64,000 nucleotides of DNA from Candidatus Binatus sp. GTDB taxonomy: Bacteria > Desulfobacterota > Binatia > Binatales > Binataceae. The notes below the pieces were generated by a model. The model ran no database searches and was not told the origin of the DNA. It worked only from the letters and a program-made list of their open reading frames with translations. Shown here piece after piece: positions 10,884 through 19,978 of the stretch. Position 1 is the first letter of the stretch; each line of letters starts with the position of its first letter. Made by a program: the position numbers and the translations under genes. The DNA lies in the NCBI RefSeq assembly GCF_050013435.1, contig NZ_JBEKFG010000010.1, positions 8,316 to 72,315 of the forward strand, read 5' to 3'.

Positions 10884-11696
10884 TTATCGCGCGGCGGGCG
10901 CCAGCATCGCCAGCGCGATTTTGTGCAGCTCGCGATCGCCGGCGGCGATGATCTGCCCGCCGTCATACGGCGGCCCGCCCGACCAGCTCGTCACAATTCC
11001 ACCTGCGGCCTCGATGATCGGGATGACCGGTTGGATATCGTAAGGCTGGAGGCTCGACTCGATCACCAGATCGATGAAGCCCGCGGCGAGCAGGCAGTAC
11101 GAATAGCAATCGCCGCCGTAGCGCCTCATCCGCGCCCTGGACGCGAGCTGGCGAAATGCGTCGCGTTCGCCCGGCCCGGAGAACATCGCCGGATCGGTTG
11201 CGCAGACGATCGCGTCTTCCAGCCGCCGGCATTGGCGCACCCGAAGCGGGCTGCTTGGGCCGCGACCCCTCAGCTCGGCGCCCAGCCGTGAACCGACGAA
11301 CGTCTCGCCCGTGTACGGCTGATGCATCACGCCGATCACCGGTCGCACGCCGTCGTTGAGTGCGATCAAAACGCCCCAATGCAGTTGCCCGATAATGAAG
11401 GCGCGCGTGCCGTCGATCGGATCGATGATCCAGGTCAGCCCATCGGCGCCGGCCGTGAAGCCGTGTTCCTCGCCGAGGATTCCGTGGCCGGGATGGACGC
11501 GGTGAATCTCGTCGCGGATCGCCCGCTCCGCCCCGCGATCGGCGAGCGTCACCGGATCGTAGCCGCCGGCGCCTGCCTTATTCTCGACCGCGAGGCGCAC
11601 GCGAAAATACGGCAGGATCGTGCGTCCCGCGAGGTCCGCCAGATGGCAGGCAAAGGCGGCGTACTCTTCGATCGCGCGATCATCCATCGTCGGCAT
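10884..11696 (-). CDS. Inositol monophosphatase family protein (possibly HisN-type histidinol-phosphatase)
   Basis: Motifs GILGEEHG and WIIDPIDGTRAFI, then a C-terminal ...GGDCYSYCLLAAG pattern typical of the IMPase/HisN family. Confidence 0.8.
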   Translation of the reverse strand: MPTMDDRAIEEYAAFACHLADLAGRTILPYFRVRLAVENKAGAGGYDPVTLADRGAERAIRDEIHRVHPGHGILGEEHGFTAGADGLTWIIDPIDGTRAFIIGQLHWGVLIALNDGVRPVIGVMHQPYTGETFVGSRLGAELRGRGPSSPLRVRQCRRLEDAIVCATDPAMFSGPGERDAFRQLASRARMRRYGGDCYSYCLLAAGFIDLVIESSLQPYDIQPVIPIIEAAGGIVTSWSGGPPYDGGQIIAAGDRELHKIALAMLAPAAR

Positions 11697-11724
11697 CGGC
11701 TGCTCTGCTCGGGAGCCGGCCCGG

Positions 11725-13152
11725 TTACGGGACTTCGGTGCTCGCGTCGAGCCACGCGAACATCAGTTCGCTCACCATCGATGGATCGAGCGAGGCCGCG
11801 CCGCCGCCGTACACCGCGCCGCTGCGCGCGGGCGTCGCGGGCGGATTCCTGGCGTACTCGACGCCGGCCGTGATGTCTCTGACGAAACGCGTCGCCACTC
11901 CGGGAAGTGTCTGCGGCAAGGTGACGCACAGGTGAAAGCCCGGGGGCCGCTGCAGCCCGTTAACGCGCCATCCACGTTCCACGATGAAATCGTTGACGTG
12001 GAAGATGTCCACCTTGTCCGACGTAATCCCGATGCAGTAGGTCGGCTTGCCGATAATCTTGAGCTCGGGAATTTTTGCGATCCCCGACTTGATCGTGTCC
12101 GCCGCCTTCATGATGCGGCGGGTCGCCTTCAGGTAGCCCTCCTCGCCGAGCGTGACCATCGCGGCCCATGTCGATGCGCTGATTCCCTCCGAGCGGCTGC
12201 CCGCCACCGTGGGCGACGCATACAGCCCGCCCTGCCAGTCGGTAATCGCGAAGTACATGCGCCGGCGCAACGCATGATTGCGATAGAGCACGACCGACGC
12301 GCCCTTCAGCCCGTAGCCCCATTTGTGCGTATCGCAGGACATCGAGGTGACGCCCGGCAGGCGGAAGTCGAACGCCGGAACATCGTACCCGAGCTTTGCG
12401 ATCCACGGCAGGATGAAACCGCCGAAGCAGCTATCGACATGCAGACCGACGCCGGCTTCAAGCGCAAGCGCGGACAACTTCTCGATCGGATCGATCAGCC
12501 CGTGCGGATAATTCGCCGCCGAACCCGCGATCGCGATGGTGTTGGGCCCGATCGCGCGCCGCATCGCGTCCACGTCGGCCAGGTAATCGGCTCCGACCGG
12601 CACGCGAATCAGCTTGATGCCGAAAAAGTGCGCGCCCTTGGAAAATGCCGGATGAATCGTCTCGGGCACCACCATCTCGGGCGCCGTAATTCCGCGCTCG
12701 GCTTTGGCTTTCTCCCGATACGCCAGCATCGGCAGGATGATGCTCTCGGTGCCGCCCGAAGTGATCGCTCCGCATACGTCGGCCTGCGGATCCTGCTCGC
12801 GCGCCAGCTCCGCGCCCAGCATCCGCGCGGTCATCGTGATTATCTCGCCTTCGAATTTGGTGCCGCTCGGGCACATGTCGCGCTGCAGCAGGTTGACGTG
12901 CGAGAACAGCGAGAACACGCGGTTGAGGTAAGCGTAATGCTCCATCCCGCCGTGGTAGTAGGTGCCCGAGATCTGGCCGGTCTGCCAGCGCGCGTTTTCC
13001 TCGCGCGCGATACTGCGCAACTCGCGCATGACCTCCTCGGGCTGGCGGCTCTTCTTGGGCAGCTCGCGGTAGATCTCGAAGGTTTCGCGATAGGGGAACA
13101 TATCTCCGAAAGGTCCGGAGGGCTCTTGCTGCTTCTTCGCTGCCTTGGGCAT
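11725..13152 (-). CDS. PLP-dependent group II decarboxylase-fold enzyme, sphingosine-1-phosphate-lyase-like
   Basis: 475 aa. ITSGGTESI and the PLP-lysine region SMSCDTHKWGYGLKGASVVLYRN resemble the SPL-type motif (S.D.HK.G..PKG.SV.LYR) as I recall it. Confidence 0.7.
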   Translation of the reverse strand: MPKAAKKQQEPSGPFGDMFPYRETFEIYRELPKKSRQPEEVMRELRSIAREENARWQTGQISGTYYHGGMEHYAYLNRVFSLFSHVNLLQRDMCPSGTKFEGEIITMTARMLGAELAREQDPQADVCGAITSGGTESIILPMLAYREKAKAERGITAPEMVVPETIHPAFSKGAHFFGIKLIRVPVGADYLADVDAMRRAIGPNTIAIAGSAANYPHGLIDPIEKLSALALEAGVGLHVDSCFGGFILPWIAKLGYDVPAFDFRLPGVTSMSCDTHKWGYGLKGASVVLYRNHALRRRMYFAITDWQGGLYASPTVAGSRSEGISASTWAAMVTLGEEGYLKATRRIMKAADTIKSGIAKIPELKIIGKPTYCIGITSDKVDIFHVNDFIVERGWRVNGLQRPPGFHLCVTLPQTLPGVATRFVRDITAGVEYARNPPATPARSGAVYGGGAASLDPSMVSELMFAWLDASTEVP

Positions 13153-13260
13153 AAGACGACTCCTTAAAGATCTCCGATGGGAACCAGTGAAAAGCGAAAC
13201 GGCCCGGCGGTCGCCGCTCTTATGATCGCCATCGATTTGAACACTAGTCCATCACCAGAT

Positions 13261-14850
13261 TCAATCCGATGCGCGGGCGGCCGGGTTGAGGCGCCGGTAG
13301 ATCGCGCGGTTGCGCTTATAGAACTCGAGGAACTCACGGAACTGGCGATCGTACAGGCGCCGGTTGATCTCGATCGGCCGATACTCGGCGGCAATCTTCA
13401 CCCGTGCGGAGATTTCCTCGACTGCGATCTCGCCGAGTGCGGCAAACGCCGCCATCGCGGCGCCCACCGCGTTGGCATTGCGCGGATTGGCGACCTGCCG
13501 CACCGTGCATCCGAGCACGTCGGCCTGGATCTGGCACCAGAGATCGGAGCTCGCGCCACCGCCGATGAAATTGAGATGCTCGAACGGCCTCCCGATGAAC
13601 TTCTCGACGTAGCCCTTGAGCCATCGCAGGTTGTACGCGACCCCTTCCATCACTGCGCGCACGTAATGGCCGCGGCTGGTGCGCGCGTTCTGATTGAAGA
13701 AGGCGCTTCGCGTCGACGCATCCTCGTGCGGCGCAAGCACGCCGTTGATCCACGGCGTGAAGATCAATCCGTCGCTCCCCGGCGCAACCGCCGCGGCGAG
13801 CCGGTTCATATCAGCGTAAACGTCGATGGGAGAATTCGCGCTGTCGGTGGGATACAGGATGTCTTTCAGGAACTCGAGACTGCGTCCCGCCGCGCCCTGT
13901 TCCGCACTGACCATGTAGCGGCCCGGCAGCGCAGCCGGCATCGCGCTAAGCATGTGGAGCGGGTCGGTCTTCTTCGCCGGCACGTGGCAGCTCAACCACG
14001 CCGTGGTGCCGATATAGAAATAGCCCTCATAGTTGTCCACCGCGCCCGCGCCCAGGGTCGCCGAATGGCCGTCGCACGAGCCCATCACCACGCGAGTGGA
14101 CGGCGCCAGTCCCAAATCCGCTGCGACTTCGGGCTTGATGGCGCCGAGCACGGCGTTAACCGGCCGCAAGTCCGGCAATTTGGCGCGATCGACGCCGGCC
14201 ATCGCAAGCAGCTCAGGCAAGTAGTCAATCCGGTTGGGGTTGCGATTATCGGTCAGCCAGTAAGTGAACATCGTCGCGTACGAAGCCGCGAATTGCCCGG
14301 TGAGCCGCAGGTTGAGGTAATCCATCGGCTCGAGAAACTTGAAGGTCCGCGCATATACCTCGGGGCGCTCATTCTTGAAGAACAGGATATGGCCGAGGCC
14401 ATCGACGCCCGATTGAACCGGCGCGCCGCCCGTGAAGCGCAGCCATTTGAGCAGCTTGAACAAGCCGTAGCCCTGCACTCGCGGCCATCCGCCGGCGACC
14501 GCGCGATTGTATTTCGCGCCGCGGGTGTCCATCCATGAGATCGCATTGCCGATTGCGGCGCCGTCCTTGTCAACCGCCACCGTGACGGCCCACAGCGTGG
14601 TGCATACGACGGCGATGATCTGCGCGGAAGGCACGCGCGAGGCCGCGATCGCCTCCTTCGCCGTGTCGCACACGGAGCGCCACCATTGATCGGGATCCTG
14701 CTCGACCGCGCCTCCCTCCATCATGATGGTGGACGTTTGGCGCAATGCCGACGCGACGACTTCGCCCGCGCTCGAGACGACGGCGGCCTTGGTGCTGCTG
14801 GAGCCCATGTCGATGGCGAGCACGTATTTCAGCGGATTGGACGAGGGCAT
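13261..14850 (-). CDS. FGGY-family carbohydrate kinase (xylulokinase/glycerol-kinase-like)
   Basis: N-terminal YVLAIDMGSSSTKAAVV (ATPase phosphate-1 motif) and C-terminal LNFIGGGASSDLWCQIQADVLG. Confidence 0.85.
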   Translation of the reverse strand: MPSSNPLKYVLAIDMGSSSTKAAVVSSAGEVVASALRQTSTIMMEGGAVEQDPDQWWRSVCDTAKEAIAASRVPSAQIIAVVCTTLWAVTVAVDKDGAAIGNAISWMDTRGAKYNRAVAGGWPRVQGYGLFKLLKWLRFTGGAPVQSGVDGLGHILFFKNERPEVYARTFKFLEPMDYLNLRLTGQFAASYATMFTYWLTDNRNPNRIDYLPELLAMAGVDRAKLPDLRPVNAVLGAIKPEVAADLGLAPSTRVVMGSCDGHSATLGAGAVDNYEGYFYIGTTAWLSCHVPAKKTDPLHMLSAMPAALPGRYMVSAEQGAAGRSLEFLKDILYPTDSANSPIDVYADMNRLAAAVAPGSDGLIFTPWINGVLAPHEDASTRSAFFNQNARTSRGHYVRAVMEGVAYNLRWLKGYVEKFIGRPFEHLNFIGGGASSDLWCQIQADVLGCTVRQVANPRNANAVGAAMAAFAALGEIAVEEISARVKIAAEYRPIEINRRLYDRQFREFLEFYKRNRAIYRRLNPAARASD

Positions 14851-15039
14851 CTGCGTGAGTTCCGCTCGCGCGGGTTTGATGCGTCGCGCGGGTTCCTCAG
14901 AATGACCGCATCACGGAAAATAATCCAGCAGTTTGGAACTCTTTGGGGAGAGCGCAACGGCAACGGGGGGCTCGCCGCTGCGCTTGCGTGGCGAAGGGGC
15001 GGCGTTGTAATCGAAGCGTCGAGGTCGGAGAATTCTCAG

Positions 15040-16332
15040 ATGGCCAAAGCTGATTCCATTGTCACATTGGGCGTCGATGCTGCTCGGGCGCGTCGTCCCG
15101 CGATCATCGATCGTTTCGCGCGCGGCGCGGTTCTGAGCCGTCTGGCGGGAATCAAAACCGGCCGCATCGTGATCGAAGATGGTGACGAGCGCATCCCATT
15201 CGGCCAAGGCATCGAGGACGCCGAGTTGCACGGCACCATCCACGTCAAGGACCGCCGCTTCTATTCCGACATCGCGCTCGCGGGCAGCATCGGCGCCGGC
15301 GAAGCGTACATGGCCGGGTCGTGGACGGCCGACGATCTGACCGCGCTCGCGCAAATCATGATCCGCAACCGCGCAGTGATGGAGGGCATGGATGGCGGCC
15401 TGGCGCGGCTGGCCAATCCCGTCCGCCGCTTCATCCACTACCTCAATCGCAACACCAAAACCGGCAGCCAGCGCAACATCGCGGCGCATTACGATCTCGG
15501 CAACGATTTTTTCGAGTTGATTCTGGATCGCACGCTGATGTACTCGTGCGCGATCTTCGAGAGCGCCGGCGCCACGCTGGAGGAGGCGGCGACGGCCAAG
15601 GTCGATCGCATCTGCCGCAAGCTCGATCTTCGCGCCCACGATCACCTCGTCGAGATCGGCACGGGATGGGGCGGGTTCGCGATTCACGCGGCCAAAAACT
15701 ACGGATGCCGCATCACGACCACCACGATCTCGCGCGCGCAGCACGACTACGCCGTCAAAAAAATCGCCGCCGAGGGCCTGGCGGATCGCATCACTGTGCT
15801 GCTCAAGGACTACCGCGACCTCAGCGGCCAGTTCGACAAGGCCGTCTCGATCGAGATGATCGAAGCGGTCGGGCACCAGTTCCTCGATTCGTATTTCCGC
15901 AAATGCGGCGAGCTGCTGAAGCCCGACGGCATGATGCTGCTGCAGGCGATTACGATCACCGACCGCGAGTATGCGGGCGCGCTCAAACGCGTCGATTTCA
16001 TCAGGAAGTACATTTTCCCGGGCAGCTTCATTCCGTCGGTCACGGCGCTGTGCGATTCGATCACGCGCTCGAGCGACTTGCGGCTGTTCCATCTCGAAGA
16101 TCTCACGCCCAATTACGCCGAGACCCTGAAGAACTGGCGAATCCGGATGTTCAACAACATCGAGCGCGTGCGCGCGCTCGGCTATCCGGAAGAATTCATC
16201 CGGATGTGGGAGTACTACCTCTGCTACTGCGAGGCGGGCTTTCGCGAGCGCTACATCGGCGACGTGCAGATGATCCTGACCAGGCCCGATTGCCGACGCG
16301 CCCCCATTCTGCCACCCCTGCCGCGGCTGTAA
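15040..16332 (+). CDS. cfa: Cyclopropane-fatty-acyl-phospholipid synthase
   Basis: HYDLGNDFFELILDRTLMYSCAIF, SAM motif LVEIGTGWGGFAIHAAK, C-terminal WRIRMFNN...WEYYLCYCEAGF. I chose the ATG at 15040 (gaggtcggag lies upstream). The track ORF's 5' extension from 14686 overlaps the divergent kinase gene. Confidence 0.9.
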   Translation: MAKADSIVTLGVDAARARRPAIIDRFARGAVLSRLAGIKTGRIVIEDGDERIPFGQGIEDAELHGTIHVKDRRFYSDIALAGSIGAGEAYMAGSWTADDLTALAQIMIRNRAVMEGMDGGLARLANPVRRFIHYLNRNTKTGSQRNIAAHYDLGNDFFELILDRTLMYSCAIFESAGATLEEAATAKVDRICRKLDLRAHDHLVEIGTGWGGFAIHAAKNYGCRITTTTISRAQHDYAVKKIAAEGLADRITVLLKDYRDLSGQFDKAVSIEMIEAVGHQFLDSYFRKCGELLKPDGMMLLQAITITDREYAGALKRVDFIRKYIFPGSFIPSVTALCDSITRSSDLRLFHLEDLTPNYAETLKNWRIRMFNNIERVRALGYPEEFIRMWEYYLCYCEAGFRERYIGDVQMILTRPDCRRAPILPPLPRL

Positions 16333-16375
16333 CCTGGCGCCTGTTCAATTTTCGCGAGCGCCGGGTGCTTCCCGC

Positions 16376-16410
16376 TTGACAACAGCGATAACCAGATGAT
16401 AACTACTATC
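16376..16410 (+). promoter_or_regulatory. Promoter / Fur-family operator candidate upstream of the Fur-like gene
   Basis: TTGACA (16376-16381) is followed by the AT-rich gataaccagatgataactactatc, made of GATAA-like hexamers with GATA...TATC symmetry. It sits immediately before the GTG/ATG at 16417/16420. Confidence 0.35.
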
Positions 16411-16416
16411 ACCTAG

Positions 16417-16923
16417 GTGATGGAACTACAGCTCGTAAATGAACGACGCCGCGGCCCTTACGCCGCCAAGCGCCTGTCCGAGTTCGCCGCGCGATGCCGC
16501 CGCGGCGGCCTGGCGGTCACTCCGCAGCGCCTGGCGATCATCAAGGCGCTGCTCGGCTCCGGCGAGCATCCGCGCGCCGACGCGATCTTTGCCGCGGTCC
16601 GAAGGCAGCATCCCTATATTTCGCTCGCCACCGTGCATCGCACGCTGGAAACGCTGTGCGACATCGGCGAGGCGCGCAAGGTCACGATGCTGCATGACAG
16701 CGCGCGCTACGACGGCAATATCACCCCTCATCATCATGTGGTATGCGTCAAATGCCGGCGCATCCGCGATATCGAGATCCCCCGCCTTGATCGCCTGCTC
16801 GCCGGGCAGTCGGAACTGGGCGAGTTCACGGTGCTCGGTTCGTCGCTGGAGATTCACGCGCTGTGCGAGGAATGCGGGGCCAAACGCGCCAGGGCGAATC
16901 GGACCGGGAAGCCGCGCCATTGA
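16417..16923 (+). CDS. Fur-family transcriptional regulator (PerR-like by context)
   Basis: Winged-helix N-terminus (RLAIIKALL...HPRADAIFAAV...ISLATVHRTLETL), HHHVVC.KC...CEECG metal sites, and a rubrerythrin gene immediately downstream. Confidence 0.8.
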   Translation: MMELQLVNERRRGPYAAKRLSEFAARCRRGGLAVTPQRLAIIKALLGSGEHPRADAIFAAVRRQHPYISLATVHRTLETLCDIGEARKVTMLHDSARYDGNITPHHHVVCVKCRRIRDIEIPRLDRLLAGQSELGEFTVLGSSLEIHALCEECGAKRARANRTGKPRH

Positions 16924-16977
16924 TTTTTTAAGTCAGCTCAATCAAACCAATTGGAGTCAGAACCAGGAGAAACAAAA

Positions 16978-17394
16978 ATGGCAAATCTCAAAGGAACCAA
17001 AACCCATCAGAACCTCAAGAATGCGTTCGCAGGCGAGAGCCAGGCTAATCGCCGCTATCTCTATTTCGCCAAGATCGCCGACGTCGAAGGCCAGCCGGAA
17101 ATCGCGGGCCTGTTTCGCGATACGGCCGAAGGCGAGACCGGACACGCCCACGGTCATCTCGACTATCTGAAATCAGTTGGCGATCCGGCGACCGACATGC
17201 CGATCGGCGATTCGATGCTGAATCTCAAGTCCGCAGTTCACGGCGAGACGCACGAGTACACCGACATGTACCCGGGAATGGCGAAGACGGCGCGCGAAGA
17301 GGGCTTCGCGGAAATTGCCGATTGGTTCGAAACTCTCGCCAAGGCTGAGAAATCCCACGCAGGGCGCTTCGCCAAGGCGCAGGGCACGCTCTAA
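16978..17394 (+). CDS. Rubrerythrin-family diiron protein (no rubredoxin domain)
   Basis: [31 protein letters not shown]...[11 protein letters not shown]...AVHGETHEY...EKSH, i.e. two E..H ferritin-like pairs. RBS aggaga lies 7 nt upstream of the ATG at 16978. Confidence 0.85.
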   Translation: MANLKGTKTHQNLKNAFAGESQANRRYLYFAKIADVEGQPEIAGLFRDTAEGETGHAHGHLDYLKSVGDPATDMPIGDSMLNLKSAVHGETHEYTDMYPGMAKTAREEGFAEIADWFETLAKAEKSHAGRFAKAQGTL

Positions 17395-17415
17395 CAGGGT
17401 ATCGCGAACATCGCC

Positions 17416-17445
17416 AGCGGGCGGGCTTCTCACAGCCCGCCCGCT
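17416..17445 (+). terminator. Hairpin after the rubrerythrin gene (terminator/attenuator candidate, no T-tract)
   Basis: agcgggcgggct (17416-17427), loop tctcac, agcccgcccgct (17434-17445). Perfect 12-bp stem. Confidence 0.4.
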
Positions 17446-17532
17446 AGTTCAACGGCGGCGCGCGCCGGACTGCGGTACGCGCGCACGCCGCGCGCGCCCG
17501 CATCGAAAAGTCCGCAGCCAGGATTTTCCCCG

Positions 17533-18840
17533 ATGGCCAACCGAATCGAGGCCAGGCCGAGCGACGGCCTTTCCTACAATTCCACAGAAGCGAAGTACTG
17601 GGACCGCGCCGGACTCGACAAGGAAGTCGAGCGGGTGTTCGACATCTGTCACGGCTGCCGTCTGTGCTTCAATCTTTGCCCGTCGTTCCCGGCGCTGTTC
17701 GACGCGACCGATCGCAACGACGGCGACGTGAGAGGACTCACGGCGGCCGAGAAAGAGCGCGTTATCGCGCTCTGCTACGGATGCAAACTGTGCGAGATCA
17801 AATGCCCCTACACGCCGCGCGACGGTCATGAGTTCCAGCTCGATTTCCCGCGGCTCATCCTGCGCGCCAAGGCGGTGAGCGCAAAGGAAGACGGCGTCAA
17901 GCTGCGCGAGCGCCTGCTGGCGCATCCCGATCAGCTCGGCAAGGCAGGCGCGGCGGCGCCGACGCTGGCAAACTGGGGATGCCATCAAAAGTTCCAACGC
18001 GTGATGATGGAGAAGCTGCTCGGGATTCATCGCGGCAAGCTGCTTCCCGACTTCGCCGCCGAGACTTTCGACAAGTGGCTCAGGCGGACCGGGCTGCCTG
18101 CAATGCCGGCCGAGCCGACCGCGAAGGTCGCGATCTTTCCGACCTGTTTTGTCAATTACTACAACCCCGGGCCGGGCAAGGCCGCGGTCGAGGTCTTTGC
18201 GAAAAACGGATGCGCGGTGAAATGCCCGAAGCAGAACTGCTGCGGGATGCCCGCGCTGGACGGCGGCGACGTCGAGTTCGCGCGCAAGGAAGCGCGGGCG
18301 AATATCGCTTCGATGCTGCCGCTGGTGCGCGAGGGCTACAAAATCGCCGCGATCAATCCGACCTGCTCGCTGATGATGCGCGCGGAGTATCCGAGCCTGC
18401 TGCCCGGCGCCGAGGTCAAGGAGTTCGCGGCGGCGGTGGTCGATTCGCACGAACTGCTTTACGAGCTGCATCGCGCCGGCAAGTTCAACAAGGAATTTCT
18501 GTCCACGCCCGGCACTATCGCGTATCACGTCCCGTGCCATCTCAAGGCCCAGGGTATCGGGCTGCGCTCGCGCGACCTGATGCGCCAGATTCCGGGCGTG
18601 GAAGTAACGACCGTCGATGCATGCACGGCGCATGACGGGACGTGGGCGATGAAAAAAGAATTCTTCGCGCTCTCGATGAAGTGGGGCGAGAAGGCTTTCG
18701 CCGGGATGCGCGAAGCCGGAGCACGGGTGATGGCGACCGACTGTCCGCTGGCGGCGGTGCAAATCGAGCAGGCGACGGGAGTCCGTCCGCTTCATCCGCT
18801 CGAAGTGCTGGCGCGCGCGTACAAGCAGGAGCAGGGGTGA
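17533..18840 (+). CDS. (Fe-S)-binding oxidoreductase, HdrD/GlpC/GlcF-like with two CCG domains
   Basis: Two ferredoxin-type clusters (CHGCRLCFNLCP, CYGCKLCEIKCP) followed by Cys-rich CCG-type repeats (FPTCFVN...CPKQNCCGMP; VPCHLKAQ...DACTAHDG). Confidence 0.75.
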   Translation: MANRIEARPSDGLSYNSTEAKYWDRAGLDKEVERVFDICHGCRLCFNLCPSFPALFDATDRNDGDVRGLTAAEKERVIALCYGCKLCEIKCPYTPRDGHEFQLDFPRLILRAKAVSAKEDGVKLRERLLAHPDQLGKAGAAAPTLANWGCHQKFQRVMMEKLLGIHRGKLLPDFAAETFDKWLRRTGLPAMPAEPTAKVAIFPTCFVNYYNPGPGKAAVEVFAKNGCAVKCPKQNCCGMPALDGGDVEFARKEARANIASMLPLVREGYKIAAINPTCSLMMRAEYPSLLPGAEVKEFAAAVVDSHELLYELHRAGKFNKEFLSTPGTIAYHVPCHLKAQGIGLRSRDLMRQIPGVEVTTVDACTAHDGTWAMKKEFFALSMKWGEKAFAGMREAGARVMATDCPLAAVQIEQATGVRPLHPLEVLARAYKQEQG

Positions 18841-18908
18841 GCATCGGCTCAGCCCTGCCGGTTGGCGGGCGCGGCATGAAGGAAGAATCACCTGCGCGGT
18901 GGGCGGCA

Positions 18909-19205
18909 GGGGTGACCCCTGCACCCGGTGTTAAGAAGACGCGAAAATCTGCGCAACGCATCTTTTCGCGACTACGCGATGGGCAGAAGTGAGCCCTGCG
19001 CCGAGTGAAAAGGAGAAGATGCGGCCTGACGGCCTGTTAGGACTTTTTTTGAGTCATCCTGAGCGAAGCGAAGGAACCCGGATCCGGGATTCTTCGCTAC
19101 AGCAACTTTCGCTCTAGAATGACACGGACGGCCGCACCGCAGGGGTGACCGCTGCACGCAGTTTTGGGATAAGAAAAGTTGCGGGACTTCGTCCCGGTTA
19201 GAACT
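18909..19205. repeat. Composite intergenic repeat element, copy A
   Basis: It shares ordered sub-motifs with 35979-36230: ...ctgcacc..g..aagacg.ga.aatctgcgca.cgcatcttttcgcgactacgc.atgg..., a ...ctgttag.a motif, a T-run and the gtcatyctgagcgaagcgaagga palindrome (19053-19123). Confidence 0.7.
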
Positions 19206-19230
19206 TCATTTGCTGCAAGGAGAATGACGA

Positions 19231-19812
19231 TTGAAGACGATCACTTTTGACGAAATACTTCCGCTGGCCGATTACGAACGGGTGCGCGCGCGGCTGCGGC
19301 CCTTGTTTATTCATGAGAAGGAACGGCGCCGGCTCCACGTCGGGTCGCATCTCACGTTTATTTTCGAGAATGCGCAGACTGCGTGGTACCAGATCGAGGA
19401 GATGATCAAGGCCGAGAAAATGACGCATCGCGAAGCAATTCAGCACGAAATCGACACCTACAACGAGTTGCTTCCGGCCGCCGGCGAAATTGCCGCGACG
19501 CTGTTGATCGAGTACGCCGAACCGCGCGAACGCGACGCGGCATTGGCCCGGCTGGCCGGCCTGGAACGCCATCTGTGGCTGAAAGTGGGTCCGCAAAGGA
19601 TCGCGGCAAGATTCGACGATCGCCAGATGTCAGACGAAAGAATCAGCGCGGTGCAATTTGTCAGGTTCAGCATGGAGGGCGTGGACGCGGCCCGGTTTCT
19701 CGAACTCGCCGGCAAGGGCGAGGTAGCGGTAGAGGCGGACCATCCGAGCCTGGCGGCCCGCGGCGCGATCGGCGGACTGCTGGCGGCGTCGCTGGCGGAG
19801 GATCTGCGCTAG
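19231..19812 (+). CDS. DUF3501-family protein
   Basis: 193 aa with a TTG start. Its size and its position next to rubrerythrin plus an Hdr-like Fe-S protein match the neighbourhood I recall for DUF3501. The family call comes from memory, not from a search. Confidence 0.55.
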   Translation: MKTITFDEILPLADYERVRARLRPLFIHEKERRRLHVGSHLTFIFENAQTAWYQIEEMIKAEKMTHREAIQHEIDTYNELLPAAGEIAATLLIEYAEPRERDAALARLAGLERHLWLKVGPQRIAARFDDRQMSDERISAVQFVRFSMEGVDAARFLELAGKGEVAVEADHPSLAARGAIGGLLAASLAEDLR

Positions 19813-19825
19813 CGGGAGATTGAAT

Positions 19826-19910
19826 GTGAAACCCGCCTGGGTTTCACGCTTCCTTGGGCAGGGGCTGCAGCCCCTGCACCCGCAGTGAAAAGACACGAGA
19901 GTGCACAAAG
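19826..19910. repeat. Composite intergenic repeat element, partial copy B
   Basis: Hairpin gtgaaaccc-gcct-gggtttcac (19826-19847), then cttccttgggCAGGGGCTGCAGCCCCTGcacccgcagtgaaaagac. It parallels gcggaaccca-cca-tgggttccgc plus ctccttgggcagggctgagccctgcaccgcagtgagaagac at 35979-36045. Confidence 0.65.
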
Positions 19911-19948
19911 ACGAACGCCGAATCCGGAAATCCGGATTCGGCGTTCGT
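19911..19948. terminator. Bidirectional intrinsic terminator between convergent genes
   Basis: acgaacgccgaatccgga (19911-19928), loop aa, tccggattcggcgttcgt (19931-19948). Perfect 18-bp stem, followed by tgttt on the plus strand and preceded by aaag. Confidence 0.75.
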
Positions 19949-19978
19949 TGTTTAGTTCGTGTGGCTAGCTAGCGGTTG

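Noticed and set aside
11620-14538. Two long plus-strand ORFs (11620..13167, 13177..14538)
   Set aside because: They lie antisense to the PLP enzyme and the FGGY kinase, which carry canonical motifs. No motifs appear in the plus-strand translations.
14686-15039. 5' extension of the Cfa ORF (the track ORF starts at 14686)
   Set aside because: The extension overlaps the 5' end of the divergent FGGY kinase gene and adds a non-homologous Arg/Gly-rich leader. The ATG at 15040 has an RBS-like sequence and gives a normal Cfa N-terminus.
17449-18924. 491 aa minus-strand ORF
   Set aside because: It lies antisense to the Fe-S/CCG-domain protein, whose Cys motifs are unambiguous.
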